DNA of 64,000 bases, taken from Bacillota bacterium. Lineage in GTDB: Bacteria; Bacillota; Clostridia; Clostridiales; Caloramatoraceae. Position 1 is the stretch's first letter, and the number at the start of each line of letters is the position of its first letter. Positions 1 to 9,380 of this stretch are shown here, piece by piece. The notes beneath the pieces are model-generated. The model made no database searches. It was not told where the DNA came from and saw only the letters and a list, made by a program, of their open reading frames with translations. A program made the position numbers and the translations under genes. Location of the stretch: NCBI GenBank assembly GCA_023389275.1, contig JAEWEN010000064.1, positions 4,730-68,729 on the forward strand, in the 5' to 3' direction.

Positions 1-245
1 GTACATGTTGCTACTAATAATACATCTATATCATTTGGAGTTAAATTAGCATTTTCTAAAGCTAATTTTGCAGCTTTAAAAGCTAAGTCACTACAATCTT
101 CCCCTATTGCAATTCTTCTTTCTCCAATACCTGTTCTTTGTCTTATCCATTCATCACTTGTATCCATAACATATTCTAAATCTTGATTATATATTGTTTT
201 TTCTGGTAAATATGCACCAGTTCCTATAACCTTTATCCCTATCAT
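1..245 (-). CDS. fabH: 3-oxoacyl-ACP synthase III (5' part, runs off window)
   Basis: Manual translation MIGIKVIGTGAYLPEKTIYNQDLEYVMDTSDEWIRQRTGIGERRIA is the typical FabH N-terminus; GGAGG RBS upstream. Confidence 0.93.
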   Translation of the reverse strand, partial: MIGIKVIGTGAYLPEKTIYNQDLEYVMDTSDEWIRQRTGIGERRIAIGEDCSDLAFKAAKLALENANLTPNDIDVLLVATC

Positions 246-265
246 AGTTATATCCTCCCTAGAAA

Positions 266-718
266 CTATTTTTTAATATCATACCTATCTCTAAAAAAAC
301 TATTAAGTTTATCTAGGGATTTTACTAAAATGTCTATTTCTTTTTCTTCAAGCCCCTCTATACATGCTGAAACCATATCACAATGAAACTTTTCGTGTAA
401 TCTATGTACTATCTTACCTTTTCTAGTTAAAGATATTTTCACAACTCTTCTATCATTTTCTGATTTTTTTCTTTCTACATAACCTTTTTTCACAAGATTA
501 TTAATAGCAATTGTTAATGTTCCAACTGTAATATTTAAATCAGCAGCTATTTCAGACATAGATTTTAAATCCTTTATACCTATTGCCTCAATAGTATGAA
601 TTTCTGTTACAGAAACATCTTTAAACTCTTCTGTTGATATTTCTCTTTGTTCAATAATAAGTATGTCATTAAAAAGTTCCACCAATAATTCATTTATAAT
701 ATTTTTACTCTCCCTCAT
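266..718 (-). CDS. fabT: MarR-family regulator of fatty acid synthesis (FabT-like)
   Basis: wHTH MarR motifs (GTLTIAINNLVKKGYVER..DRRVV); directly upstream of fabH. Start moved to MRESK at 718 because the track's ATG at 775 lies within the promoter/operator region. Confidence 0.85.
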   Translation of the reverse strand: MRESKNIINELLVELFNDILIIEQREISTEEFKDVSVTEIHTIEAIGIKDLKSMSEIAADLNITVGTLTIAINNLVKKGYVERKKSENDRRVVKISLTRKGKIVHRLHEKFHCDMVSACIEGLEEKEIDILVKSLDKLNSFFRDRYDIKK

Positions 719-751
719 AACATCACCATTAATCTTATAATTATATAATAG

Positions 752-808
752 TTTGATAGTCAAATAATTTGACATTCAAAGTATATATAATTTTTATAGC
801 TTTGTCAA
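752..808 (-). promoter_or_regulatory. sigma-A promoter (TTGACA-17-TATACT) with two tandem FabT-type operators TTTGA-N3-TCAAA
   Basis: Minus strand TTGACA 808-803, TATACT 785-780; palindromes TTTGATAGTCAAA 752-764 and TTTGACATTCAAA 768-780. Confidence 0.75.
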
Positions 809-887
809 TTAATTAAGTATGTTAATAACATTTTTTCATTTTACTTTAATAATTAGATATTTTTACCTTTTTTCCTTTTTTAAATAA

Positions 888-924
888 AAAAAGTAGCCTT
901 TATTTTTATTAAAGACTACTTTTT
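888..924 (-). terminator. intrinsic terminator of the amidase gene
   Basis: AAAAGTAG(C)CTTTA...TAAAG(A)CTACTTTT inverted repeat with T-tracts. Confidence 0.7.
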
Positions 925-928
925 AAAC

Positions 929-2926
929 TTATTTTCTTAAGAAATTTATTATCCCATTTGCTATTCCATTTGCAGCTTTTTGTTGGAATTGAGGATCTCT
1001 TAACTTCGCTTCTTCCTGTTGATTACTAATAAATGCAAGTTCTACTAAAGAAGCTGGCATTTTAGTATTAACTGTAACATAATGATTAGCTGTTTTTACA
1101 CCTCTATCTCTAAGCCCTATTGATTTAATAAGCTCTGTGTGAATATCTGTTGCAAGTGTTTTATCTTTACTTGACTTAGTGGTGCTATAATAAGTTTCTG
1201 TTCCATATGCTGAAGGAGTTGCACTATTACAGTGTACAGAAACAAATAAATCAGCATTATTTTCATTTGCAAAATTTGCTCTATATCTTAAAGAAGCAGT
1301 TTGACTACTACTATCCCATGCTACACTCGTGTTATCTGTTCTTGTATAAATAACATCGTATCCTTTGGATTTAAGAACATCTCCAAGTTTTAGAGAAACT
1401 GCTAAAGTTATATTTCTTTCATTGGTTTGTCCACTATAAGACACTGCACCACCATCTACACCACCATGCCCTGCATCTACAACTATTTTCTTTTTAACAG
1501 GACCTGATTGTTTAGCATTTATTTCTATAACTCTATAATCCTCATATACATCACCTTCATACCATGCTCTTTTTGCCCATAGAAGTATTTTATTATTTCC
1601 TTCTTTTAGAGATGTATTTAATGTAATTTTAGTACTTTGTCCACTAGGTATAGGACTAGTAAAACTTGAAGACTCAACCCATGTTTTATCCTTATCTGAA
1701 TATAAGAAAGTTTTATATGCTATATTACTACCATCTCCAGCACTTGCATTTACCTGAATTTCAGGTTTTTGCCCTGAAACATAATTATCTGATGTTGCTA
1801 AAAGACTACTTATTTTTGTAGTTTTAGCTGTATTTATATCTACATTTATAACCTTATGTACATAAGAATCATATCCACCTGGGTCTGTAGGTGCTTGTCC
1901 AGCTCTTTTTACCCATATACTAAGGGTATTAGATCCTGGCTGTAGAGGCTTTCTCATATCTATTGCATAAGGAGTATTTGGATTAACAGATGTTGTATAT
2001 CCGTTTGATACATTTTCCCATATCCTTTTACTTGGTGAATATAAGTATATACTATACTGTACGTTACTTGCACAAGTTGATGTTAAATATACTTTAGGTG
2101 TTCCACCTAACTTTACTTGTGACTCATCTATACTTACATTTGTTATTTCAGGTAATGTAGGTGCTGAAGGTGTTGCTTCTTCACTTACATTTATTTTATA
2201 ACTTAAAAAGTTATCATATCCTTCTTTTTTTGCAGGGTCTTTTCCTGCTCTTTTTACCCATACACTAAAACTGTTTTCTCCTTTGTGTAGTGCAGTATTT
2301 GATTTTAAATTATATACTGTTGATGGGTTTTGTGCTGATGTATATCCTCCTGATACATCTTCCCATACCTTTTTACTTGGTGAGTATAGGTACACTCTAT
2401 ATTGTACCTGTTCACTTCCTGTTGATGTTATTTTTAGTGTTGGGCTTACCCCTACTTTTTGCTGAGATGAATCTATGTTTACTGACTTTATCTCTGGTAG
2501 AATTGTTGAGGATCCACTTATATTTACTTTATAACTTTCAAAATCATCGTATCCCCCTTTATCTATAGGAGTAGCATTTGCTTTTTTCACCCATACGCTA
2601 AAGCTATTCTCTCCTTTATGTAAAGGTTTTTTTAATTTTATAGTATGAGAAGTTTCTCCACTTACAGGGCTTGTATATCCATTTGATACATTTTCCCATA
2701 CTTTTTTTTCTGGAGAGTATAAATAAACGCTATACTGTACCTGGGAACAACCTTTTGAACTTAACTTTAAAGTAGGATAGTCTCCTTCCTTAGGAGATTT
2801 ATTTACCATCTCTACTCCTGTCATTTTAGGACGTGTTTCCGCTTTTACACTAGTGTTTAAAAATCCCCCTCCTAAAACATTTAATACAAAAGTTATAAAT
2901 AAAACACTTGCTATTTTTTTCCTCAT
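929..2926 (-). CDS. secreted N-acetylmuramoyl-L-alanine amidase (Amidase_3) with four N-terminal beta-rich repeats
   Basis: Signal peptide; C-terminal VDAGHGGVDGGA...E...FVSVHCN...LVELAFISN zinc-amidase motifs; start may be ATA at 2941 (see findings). Confidence 0.9.
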   Translation of the reverse strand: MRKKIASVLFITFVLNVLGGGFLNTSVKAETRPKMTGVEMVNKSPKEGDYPTLKLSSKGCSQVQYSVYLYSPEKKVWENVSNGYTSPVSGETSHTIKLKKPLHKGENSFSVWVKKANATPIDKGGYDDFESYKVNISGSSTILPEIKSVNIDSSQQKVGVSPTLKITSTGSEQVQYRVYLYSPSKKVWEDVSGGYTSAQNPSTVYNLKSNTALHKGENSFSVWVKRAGKDPAKKEGYDNFLSYKINVSEEATPSAPTLPEITNVSIDESQVKLGGTPKVYLTSTCASNVQYSIYLYSPSKRIWENVSNGYTTSVNPNTPYAIDMRKPLQPGSNTLSIWVKRAGQAPTDPGGYDSYVHKVINVDINTAKTTKISSLLATSDNYVSGQKPEIQVNASAGDGSNIAYKTFLYSDKDKTWVESSSFTSPIPSGQSTKITLNTSLKEGNNKILLWAKRAWYEGDVYEDYRVIEINAKQSGPVKKKIVVDAGHGGVDGGAVSYSGQTNERNITLAVSLKLGDVLKSKGYDVIYTRTDNTSVAWDSSSQTASLRYRANFANENNADLFVSVHCNSATPSAYGTETYYSTTKSSKDKTLATDIHTELIKSIGLRDRGVKTANHYVTVNTKMPASLVELAFISNQQEEAKLRDPQFQQKAANGIANGIINFLRK
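1511..2830 (-). repeat. four ~105-aa intragenic repeats (QY.VYLYSP.K.VWENVSNGYT...SVWVKRAG....GYD)
   Basis: Visible in the protein and in DNA (TGATACA...TTCCCATA and TTTT(A/C)ACCCATA-like segments recur); approx. 2830-2519, 2500-2183, 2155-1838, 1819-1511. Confidence 0.8.
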
Positions 2927-3111
2927 TTTGTATTTCTTTATTTTCTACACCTCCTTAGTACATCAAAAACTTTAAAATATAGTGGTACAATTCATATTTA
3001 TAATAACATATTTATCTATTATTTTACTATAATTTTCTATACTAATATTTTAAATATTTTCATTATTATATTTATAAATTTTAATTTTCTACAAATAGTA
3101 ATTTGATATGC

Positions 3112-3139
3112 TTGACACAATAATATTATTTGATAAAAT
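3112..3139 (+). promoter_or_regulatory. sigma-A promoter of the argS leader
   Basis: TTGACA 3112-3117, 16-nt spacer, TGn-TAAAAT 3134-3139. Confidence 0.65.
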
Positions 3140-3156
3140 TATTACAAGATATATTA

Positions 3157-3385
3157 AAGTCTGTGATAAGGATAAGTACCTTTGGTAAAACTAATAGCGA
3201 GTAAGGGATGGTGTAAGCCTTATAGTAAATTCTTTAGGGAATAGAACCTTTGAGACTCTACCTGAATTAAGTACGGTTAGACCTTTGCCTTAGGTTATAA
3301 AGGCTAAAGTGAGCATTAAGCTAACTAGAGTGGTACCGCGGAAAAACTTCGTCTCTTGATATTGAGACGAAGTTTTTCTTTTTTA
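3157..3385 (+). ncRNA. T-box riboswitch (Arg, specifier AGA)
   Basis: AGTA motif, AGCGA..GGTGTAAG stem I apex, GAA-T-AGA-A specifier (AGA 3243-3245), T-box AACTAGAGTGGTACCGCG 3323-3340, terminator GAAAAACTTCGTCTC..GAGACGAAGTTTTTC 3341-3378. Confidence 0.93.
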
Positions 3386-3407
3386 AAATTTATTAGGAGG
3401 TTTTATT

Positions 3408-5099
3408 ATGGATTATAAAAAATTATTAGCAGAAAAACTTAGTGAAAAAACAGGACTTAATATTAATGAAATTGAAAGCTTTATAGAAATACCACCTAAA
3501 AGCGAAATGGGAGATTTTGCATTCCCTTGTTTTAGACTAGCTAAAACAATGAGAAAAGCTCCTAACTTAATAGCAGAAGAATTAAAATCTACACTAGATA
3601 TTGATTTTATGGAAAAAATAGAAACTGTAGGAGGATACTTAAACTTTTTCATTGCTAAAGGAAACTTCTCAAAAGATATTATAGAAAAAGTTTTAAAAGA
3701 AGGTTCTTCATATGGTTCATGTAATTCTGGTGAGGGAAAAAATGTTATTGTTGAATTTTCATCACCTAATATAGCAAAACCTTTCCATGTTGGACATCTT
3801 TGTTCAACTGCTATTGGAAATTCTCTTTATAAAATCCTTTCATTCGCTGGATACAATACTATAGGTATAAATCACCTTGGTGACTGGGGTACTCAGTTTG
3901 GTAAACTAATTGTTGCATATGAAAGATGGATAGATGAAGAGGCTCTTGAAAAAGAACCTATAAAAGAACTTCTTAGAATATATGTTAAATTCCATGATGA
4001 AGCTGAAAAAGATCCTTCTCTTGAAGATTTAGCAAGACAACACTTTAAAAATCTTGAAGATGGATGTGAAAAAGAAGTTCAGTTATGGCAAAAAATTAAA
4101 GATGTTAGTTTAGTTGAGTTTAATAAGGTTTATGACCTTTTAAATATAAAATTTGACTCATTAGCTGGAGAAAGTTTCTATAGCGATAAAATGGGTGCAG
4201 TAGTATCTGAAATTAAAGATAAAAATCTTCTTATGGAAAGTAAAGGTGCTCTTGTTGTTGACCTTGAAGAATACAATATACCACCATGTATGATTATGAA
4301 ATCAGATGGAGCTACTATATACGCTACACGTGATTTAGCTGCTGCAATATACAGAAAGAAAGAATATGATTTTTATAAAAATATTTATGTTGTTGGTCTT
4401 CCACAATCACTTCACTTCCAACAAATTTTCTCTACATTAAAGAAAATGGGAAAAGAATGGGCAGATGATTGTGTTCATGTTGGATTTGGTACAGTTAGAA
4501 TAGGTAATAAAAAGCTTGCTACTAGAAAAGGTGATGTTGTTTTACTTGAAGAGTTATTAAACGAATCTGTATCACGTGCACTAGAACTTATAAATGAAAA
4601 AAATCCTAATCTTGAAGATAAGGAAAACGCAGCTAAGAAAATAGGAATCGGTGCAGTAGTATTTACTTACCTTAAAAATAATAGAGAAAGAGACCTTTCA
4701 TTTGACTGGAAAGATATATTAAATTTTGATGGAGAAACAGCTCCATATGTACAATACACATATGCAAGAGGAAAAAGTATACTTAGAAAAGCTGAAGGAT
4801 TCTCAGCTAACCCTGATTATACAAAGCTAAATACTACTGAAGAATTTGAATTAATAAAACTTATTTCAAGATTTAATGAAACATTACTTTTATCTATTGA
4901 AAAATATGAGCCTGCTATAATAACAAGATATATTGTAGATATAGCAAAAGCATTTAATAAATTCTACAATCACTGTTCTATTATGAACCTTGAAGATGAA
5001 TCTTTAAAAATGGCTAGACTAAATTTAGTTTTAGCTACAACTACATCAATTAAAAACGGTCTTTCACTTCTTGGAATAGATACTGTTGAGAAAATGTAA
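3408..5099 (+). CDS. argS: arginine--tRNA ligase
   Basis: [17 protein letters not shown] (HIGH-like), [21 protein letters not shown]-box upstream. Confidence 0.98.
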   Translation: MDYKKLLAEKLSEKTGLNINEIESFIEIPPKSEMGDFAFPCFRLAKTMRKAPNLIAEELKSTLDIDFMEKIETVGGYLNFFIAKGNFSKDIIEKVLKEGSSYGSCNSGEGKNVIVEFSSPNIAKPFHVGHLCSTAIGNSLYKILSFAGYNTIGINHLGDWGTQFGKLIVAYERWIDEEALEKEPIKELLRIYVKFHDEAEKDPSLEDLARQHFKNLEDGCEKEVQLWQKIKDVSLVEFNKVYDLLNIKFDSLAGESFYSDKMGAVVSEIKDKNLLMESKGALVVDLEEYNIPPCMIMKSDGATIYATRDLAAAIYRKKEYDFYKNIYVVGLPQSLHFQQIFSTLKKMGKEWADDCVHVGFGTVRIGNKKLATRKGDVVLLEELLNESVSRALELINEKNPNLEDKENAAKKIGIGAVVFTYLKNNRERDLSFDWKDILNFDGETAPYVQYTYARGKSILRKAEGFSANPDYTKLNTTEEFELIKLISRFNETLLLSIEKYEPAIITRYIVDIAKAFNKFYNHCSIMNLEDESLKMARLNLVLATTTSIKNGLSLLGIDTVEKM

Positions 5100-5100
5100 T

Positions 5101-5125
5101 AAAAGCGCCTTAAAGGCGCTTTTTT
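5101..5125. terminator. bidirectional terminator
   Basis: AAAAGCGCCT-TAA-AGGCGCTTTTTT between convergent genes. Confidence 0.85.
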
Positions 5126-5606
5126 ATCTAAACATTTCAAAAATAAGCCACTTGTTATTTTCTTTTACAAGTGCAATTTTTTGCGAACTTTCTTTACTTA
5201 CATTATCATTTGTATGTATGTTAAAGCTAACCTCAAATATTTTTATATCCTCTTTAGGTATACCATAATCACCGTTTATATAATCAATATAAACATCTAT
5301 ATTTTCATTAGCCTCTATTATTTTATTAACTTCAACTTTTTTAATATAGTCAAAATTAAAACCATCCTGTGGTAAATCCTTTAGTTTACTAGCAAATAGA
5401 TTTTCCATAGCCTCAATATTATTTTCTTCCATAAATTTAAAATAGCTTTCTATTATATTAATAATTTCTTCATTGTTGTTAAAGCTATTTTCCTGTGAAA
5501 TAGATGTTTGAATATTTTCTTCATTATTACTTTTACTAGTACAACTTATTAAAGAAAACAAAGTAAAAACAAATATACTAAAATATGCTATACTTTTAAC
5601 CTTCAT
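5124..5606 (-). CDS. lipoprotein, NTF2-like/DUF4829-like
   Basis: Lipobox LISC; C-terminal IALVKENNKWLI pattern; GGAGG RBS. Confidence 0.65.
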   Translation of the reverse strand: MKVKSIAYFSIFVFTLFSLISCTSKSNNEENIQTSISQENSFNNNEEIINIIESYFKFMEENNIEAMENLFASKLKDLPQDGFNFDYIKKVEVNKIIEANENIDVYIDYINGDYGIPKEDIKIFEVSFNIHTNDNVSKESSQKIALVKENNKWLIFEMFR

Positions 5607-5689
5607 TTTTAACCTCCAAGGTTAACTAATAAACTTTTGTAATATAAAATCCACCTTCCTTTTAAATTGCGTCCTATTTAATAATACTC

Positions 5690-7453
5690 TTATGAGCTAA
5701 ATGATTCAATATTTTCTTCTAGTATTTTTTTTAGATCCTCTATTCCATATATATCATTATTTTCTCCAGGCTTTAATTGTAAAAATATATAATCGCCAAA
5801 CTCTTTACTTATAATATTATTTATACCTTCTTCCCCTGGATAAACCACAACTACCTTGTTTATAATATCCTTTGGTTTTTTATTTTTATCATAAAAATAC
5901 CTTATTGTAGTTTTGTAGTTTTTTATTTGTATCATTGTACTTGTATTATAAAATTCATTCCAAAGATAAGAGTATCTTCTATATTTTGATTCTACAATAA
6001 GAGATTTTTTTACTACATTATTATAAACATAATCCACTCTAATATCCGGTAGCTTATTAGGCGCATGTGTATAAAAACCATCTCCAAATTTAATACTTTC
6101 ATCTGGTAATGATAATAGCTCTTTTTCATACCAAACTCTAATTTCTAAATTATCTCTAGAAAATTTTGCAAGACATCCCTTTGGAATTTTCTCTAAAAAT
6201 TCTCCATGAATAATATCTTTAAACATACAATTTTCAAGTTTAAATCCTTTATCCCTAAAAATCTTTATAACTGCTAGGTAAATAAAATATTCATATATTA
6301 ACTCTGAAGGCTTATAGCTTATAGACTTATTTTTGTTTCCTATATGTATTTGCTTATAAATATCTAAAATACTTTTATATCTATAATCATTTATTCTTAT
6401 TCCTTTATAATTAGTATTGTTTACAAATGGAATGTCCTTCATATAAGGACTTTTTATAAATATTATTAATGCTGCTTTTAGATCTTTTAACAAATATATA
6501 TTTTCTTTAATTCCTTGTTTTCTTTTCATTGTACTATTTAGTGTAGAAACTGATTTATCATAGGATTTTATTTTTTTAACTATCTCTCTGCTATTTCTAT
6601 TAATATCTTTTACTATGTTTATAGAAGTTTTTTTAAATTCAAAATCTTTTCTAAGCATTTCTTCTTCTATTTTTTTCTGTTTATATGCTACTCCAAGCTT
6701 TGCCTCTATATCTTTAATTGTATTTATCATTTTTATAGCTATACTTTTTATTAAAATATTCTCTTTATTACAATACTCCTTAACCTTTTTAAAACTATAT
6801 TCATAATTATTTATACCTTTAGAATTAAGCTGTATAGTTTTTTTATCAGTTTTTTTTACTTTGCCATTTTTAATTATTTTTTTATTTAAACTTACATAAG
6901 GATTTTTCATAATACTATTAAAACAAAACTTTAACTCTTTATAAGATTCTGAATATTGTTTTATAAAAGATATATAGTCTGATTTAGTATTAGTATTTAT
7001 CATTTGAAGTTTTGAAGACATATTATAAGATAGATTTCTTACTTCACTATTAACAAAATCTCTTAAATTTTTTAACTGTATATCATTAATATGTCTCGGT
7101 ATTATTTCAAACATAGCATAATACTTTACACCGTTTAAATATACTTTTAAAGTATAATTGCCTGGAACAAGCATTGAATAATTATTTTCAAGTTCAAATA
7201 ACATTTTATTTTCACCAGGGTTTAATTTAAATGCCTCTCCTTCTTCTTTGTATATGTTTTCAACAACTAATCTACTATTAGGCTCTTCTGTATAAAATTC
7301 AATATATACTTTAGAGCATTCTTTTATAGAAACCTCTATATTATCAATGCTCCACATATCAGTATAAAACTTTGTAACATACTGGTAATATTCTTTTCCA
7401 AAATTCTCTATTGTAAACTTAACCTTTAAGTCTAAGTTATAGTATATACCCAT
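5690..7453 (-). CDS. McrC-like nuclease (Ig-like N-terminus + DUF2357-like helical domain with coiled-coil insert + PD-(D/E)xK); CnuC-like
   Basis: ELIYEYFIY (McrC LYE.W-like), LPDIRVDY...IVESKYR nuclease motif, KENILIK; 17-bp overlap with the upstream GTPase gene. Confidence 0.8.
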   Translation of the reverse strand: MGIYYNLDLKVKFTIENFGKEYYQYVTKFYTDMWSIDNIEVSIKECSKVYIEFYTEEPNSRLVVENIYKEEGEAFKLNPGENKMLFELENNYSMLVPGNYTLKVYLNGVKYYAMFEIIPRHINDIQLKNLRDFVNSEVRNLSYNMSSKLQMINTNTKSDYISFIKQYSESYKELKFCFNSIMKNPYVSLNKKIIKNGKVKKTDKKTIQLNSKGINNYEYSFKKVKEYCNKENILIKSIAIKMINTIKDIEAKLGVAYKQKKIEEEMLRKDFEFKKTSINIVKDINRNSREIVKKIKSYDKSVSTLNSTMKRKQGIKENIYLLKDLKAALIIFIKSPYMKDIPFVNNTNYKGIRINDYRYKSILDIYKQIHIGNKNKSISYKPSELIYEYFIYLAVIKIFRDKGFKLENCMFKDIIHGEFLEKIPKGCLAKFSRDNLEIRVWYEKELLSLPDESIKFGDGFYTHAPNKLPDIRVDYVYNNVVKKSLIVESKYRRYSYLWNEFYNTSTMIQIKNYKTTIRYFYDKNKKPKDIINKVVVVYPGEEGINNIISKEFGDYIFLQLKPGENNDIYGIEDLKKILEENIESFSS

Positions 7454-9380
7454 TATAATACATCTCCTCAGCTTTTCGCTTTAGCTCCTCAATAGAGAAT
7501 TTAAAATCTGATATACACTTAAACTCTTCTTTTGTTAATATTTCATATAACTCTCCATCTTTTATACCCTCTCCTTCAAAACTTCCTATAAGAGAGCCAT
7601 ATTGTTCTTGATGTCCTTTAACCTTTGTAAGCACTCTTTGCTTTATTTGAATATCAAATGCTTCTTCTCTTGAAAGTAGCATTTCTCCATTTTCATTTTC
7701 TGGTATATTAAATATATAATTTGCTATATTACATAATGTTCTATAAGATATTCCTTTTTGTCTATCAACTTGATTAATAGCATTGTGTAAATCATCTAAA
7801 AGCTTTAATTCACACTCTTTAAATATATGTATAGGAGAAACAGACTCTCTTTTCCAAAATTTAAAGTTTAAATAATACTTTTCTTCTAAATTAGATAGAT
7901 TTTGTCCACTATAAAAGTCTAAAATGTTTTTCATATAAATAAATGAAAGCTTTTGTGGAGTAATAAGATTTGCTCTATCTAAAAGCCTATCTGAAAAATC
8001 TTTAGTTGTTTCATCTAAATTTACAGTTCCAACAAATAAAACATTTTCACCTACTGTAATTGTTGATGGATAAATATCTTGATTTTTACATTTACAATTT
8101 TCATTGTATAAAGTAAGTTTTCTATCTTTCTTACTCATTTCAAGAATTGACATAAATGGGCTAAACCAGTACTCTACCTGACTTAAGTTCATTTCATCAA
8201 ATATTATTATAAATATTTCATCTGGATTTTTTTCTGCTCTTATTAAAGTATCAACAATTCCTGTTTCTGATGGCATATATTGTTCTTTTGAAGTGTTTAA
8301 ATATCCTATTATATCTGATGGTTCTGTATATGCTGGACTAATAGGAACTACTAAACAATTATTTTCTTCTAAACCTAATGCCTTAGAATATGATATAGCA
8401 AGACTAGTTTTACCTATTCCTGACATTCCACTTATAATTGTTAAAGAATTTGTTTTTAATGCAATGTGAAAGTTATATATATCTTCATCACTATAAAACA
8501 AATCATTTTTAGTAAGATAATATTTAAATCTTTTTAAAAATTCATATTCACTTCTAATAATTTTATTATCTATTTTATCATCTGAATTATTTAATATATA
8601 TTCCCCTTTTTCAAAATATTTTTTTAAAGTAGAGTTTATATATGTATTAGTTAAGAAAACTAAATTATCATTTACCTTATAAACTATATTTTCTCTAAAA
8701 TCCTTAGGCAGCTCTATTTTTTTAATTTCACCTATACCTTGAAGAATTCTTTTTCCATCAAGATTTCTACTCCAATTTAAATTATAGTATATATAGTCCC
8801 TGCAAATTATAAACTCAGGATCCTCCATATCAATGCTATAACTATCAAATCTTATAGGATCTTGTCTCATTACCATTCTTTCAAATTCTTCTACACTTCT
8901 AACTAAAGGTGATGGAACAGCTGAAAAACTTTCACAAGAGTAATCCTCAAGATCCTCTACATCTCTCACAACTAAATTTCTATAATAAATATCACCTTTT
9001 CCACCTTTTTCTTCTTTTTTTAAATAAGGAGTAAATAAGATTAATTTATTTTTTAACTTTTCAAATATATATTCCTTTTTCTCTTTTATATCTAAATCCC
9101 AATAGTCAAGTGGCATTCCTATACCTTCTATACCTTTTTCAAATCCAACAAACATATCGTTTTCAAAGGGACCTGGAACACTATAAAGTCTTTTAGGAAC
9201 ATTTGATAATGCTTTAATATAAAATAAAATATACTGTGGATTTTTTCTTAAATATGTAATGCAGCTTTGATCTTCCCCCATACTTGGAAATGTTTTTTCA
9301 TCTAATGCTAATTTACCTAATAAGTAACATTCTTCTATTGATTTTATATCTTCATCACTAAATTCTTTCGCCATAATCAT
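7437..9380 (-). CDS. McrB-like AAA+ GTPase, NxD type; CnuB-like
   Basis: Walker A GMSGIGKT, Walker B IIFDEMNL(SQVEYWFS), GTVNLDET signature, SDRLLDRA arginine finger; likely start ATG at 9374. Confidence 0.88.
   Translation of the reverse strand: MIMAKEFSDEDIKSIEECYLLGKLALDEKTFPSMGEDQSCITYLRKNPQYILFYIKALSNVPKRLYSVPGPFENDMFVGFEKGIEGIGMPLDYWDLDIKEKKEYIFEKLKNKLILFTPYLKKEEKGGKGDIYYRNLVVRDVEDLEDYSCESFSAVPSPLVRSVEEFERMVMRQDPIRFDSYSIDMEDPEFIICRDYIYYNLNWSRNLDGKRILQGIGEIKKIELPKDFRENIVYKVNDNLVFLTNTYINSTLKKYFEKGEYILNNSDDKIDNKIIRSEYEFLKRFKYYLTKNDLFYSDEDIYNFHIALKTNSLTIISGMSGIGKTSLAISYSKALGLEENNCLVVPISPAYTEPSDIIGYLNTSKEQYMPSETGIVDTLIRAEKNPDEIFIIIFDEMNLSQVEYWFSPFMSILEMSKKDRKLTLYNENCKCKNQDIYPSTITVGENVLFVGTVNLDETTKDFSDRLLDRANLITPQKLSFIYMKNILDFYSGQNLSNLEEKYYLNFKFWKRESVSPIHIFKECELKLLDDLHNAINQVDRQKGISYRTLCNIANYIFNIPENENGEMLLSREEAFDIQIKQRVLTKVKGHQEQYGSLIGSFEGEGIKDGELYEILTKEEFKCISDFKFSIEELKRKAEEMYYNGYIL

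Noticed and set aside
5124..5606. Lipoprotein as a fourth component of the McrBC-like system
   Set aside because: Co-oriented and only 83 bp downstream, but it is an exported protein of a common clostridial type with its own RBS; no support without synteny data.
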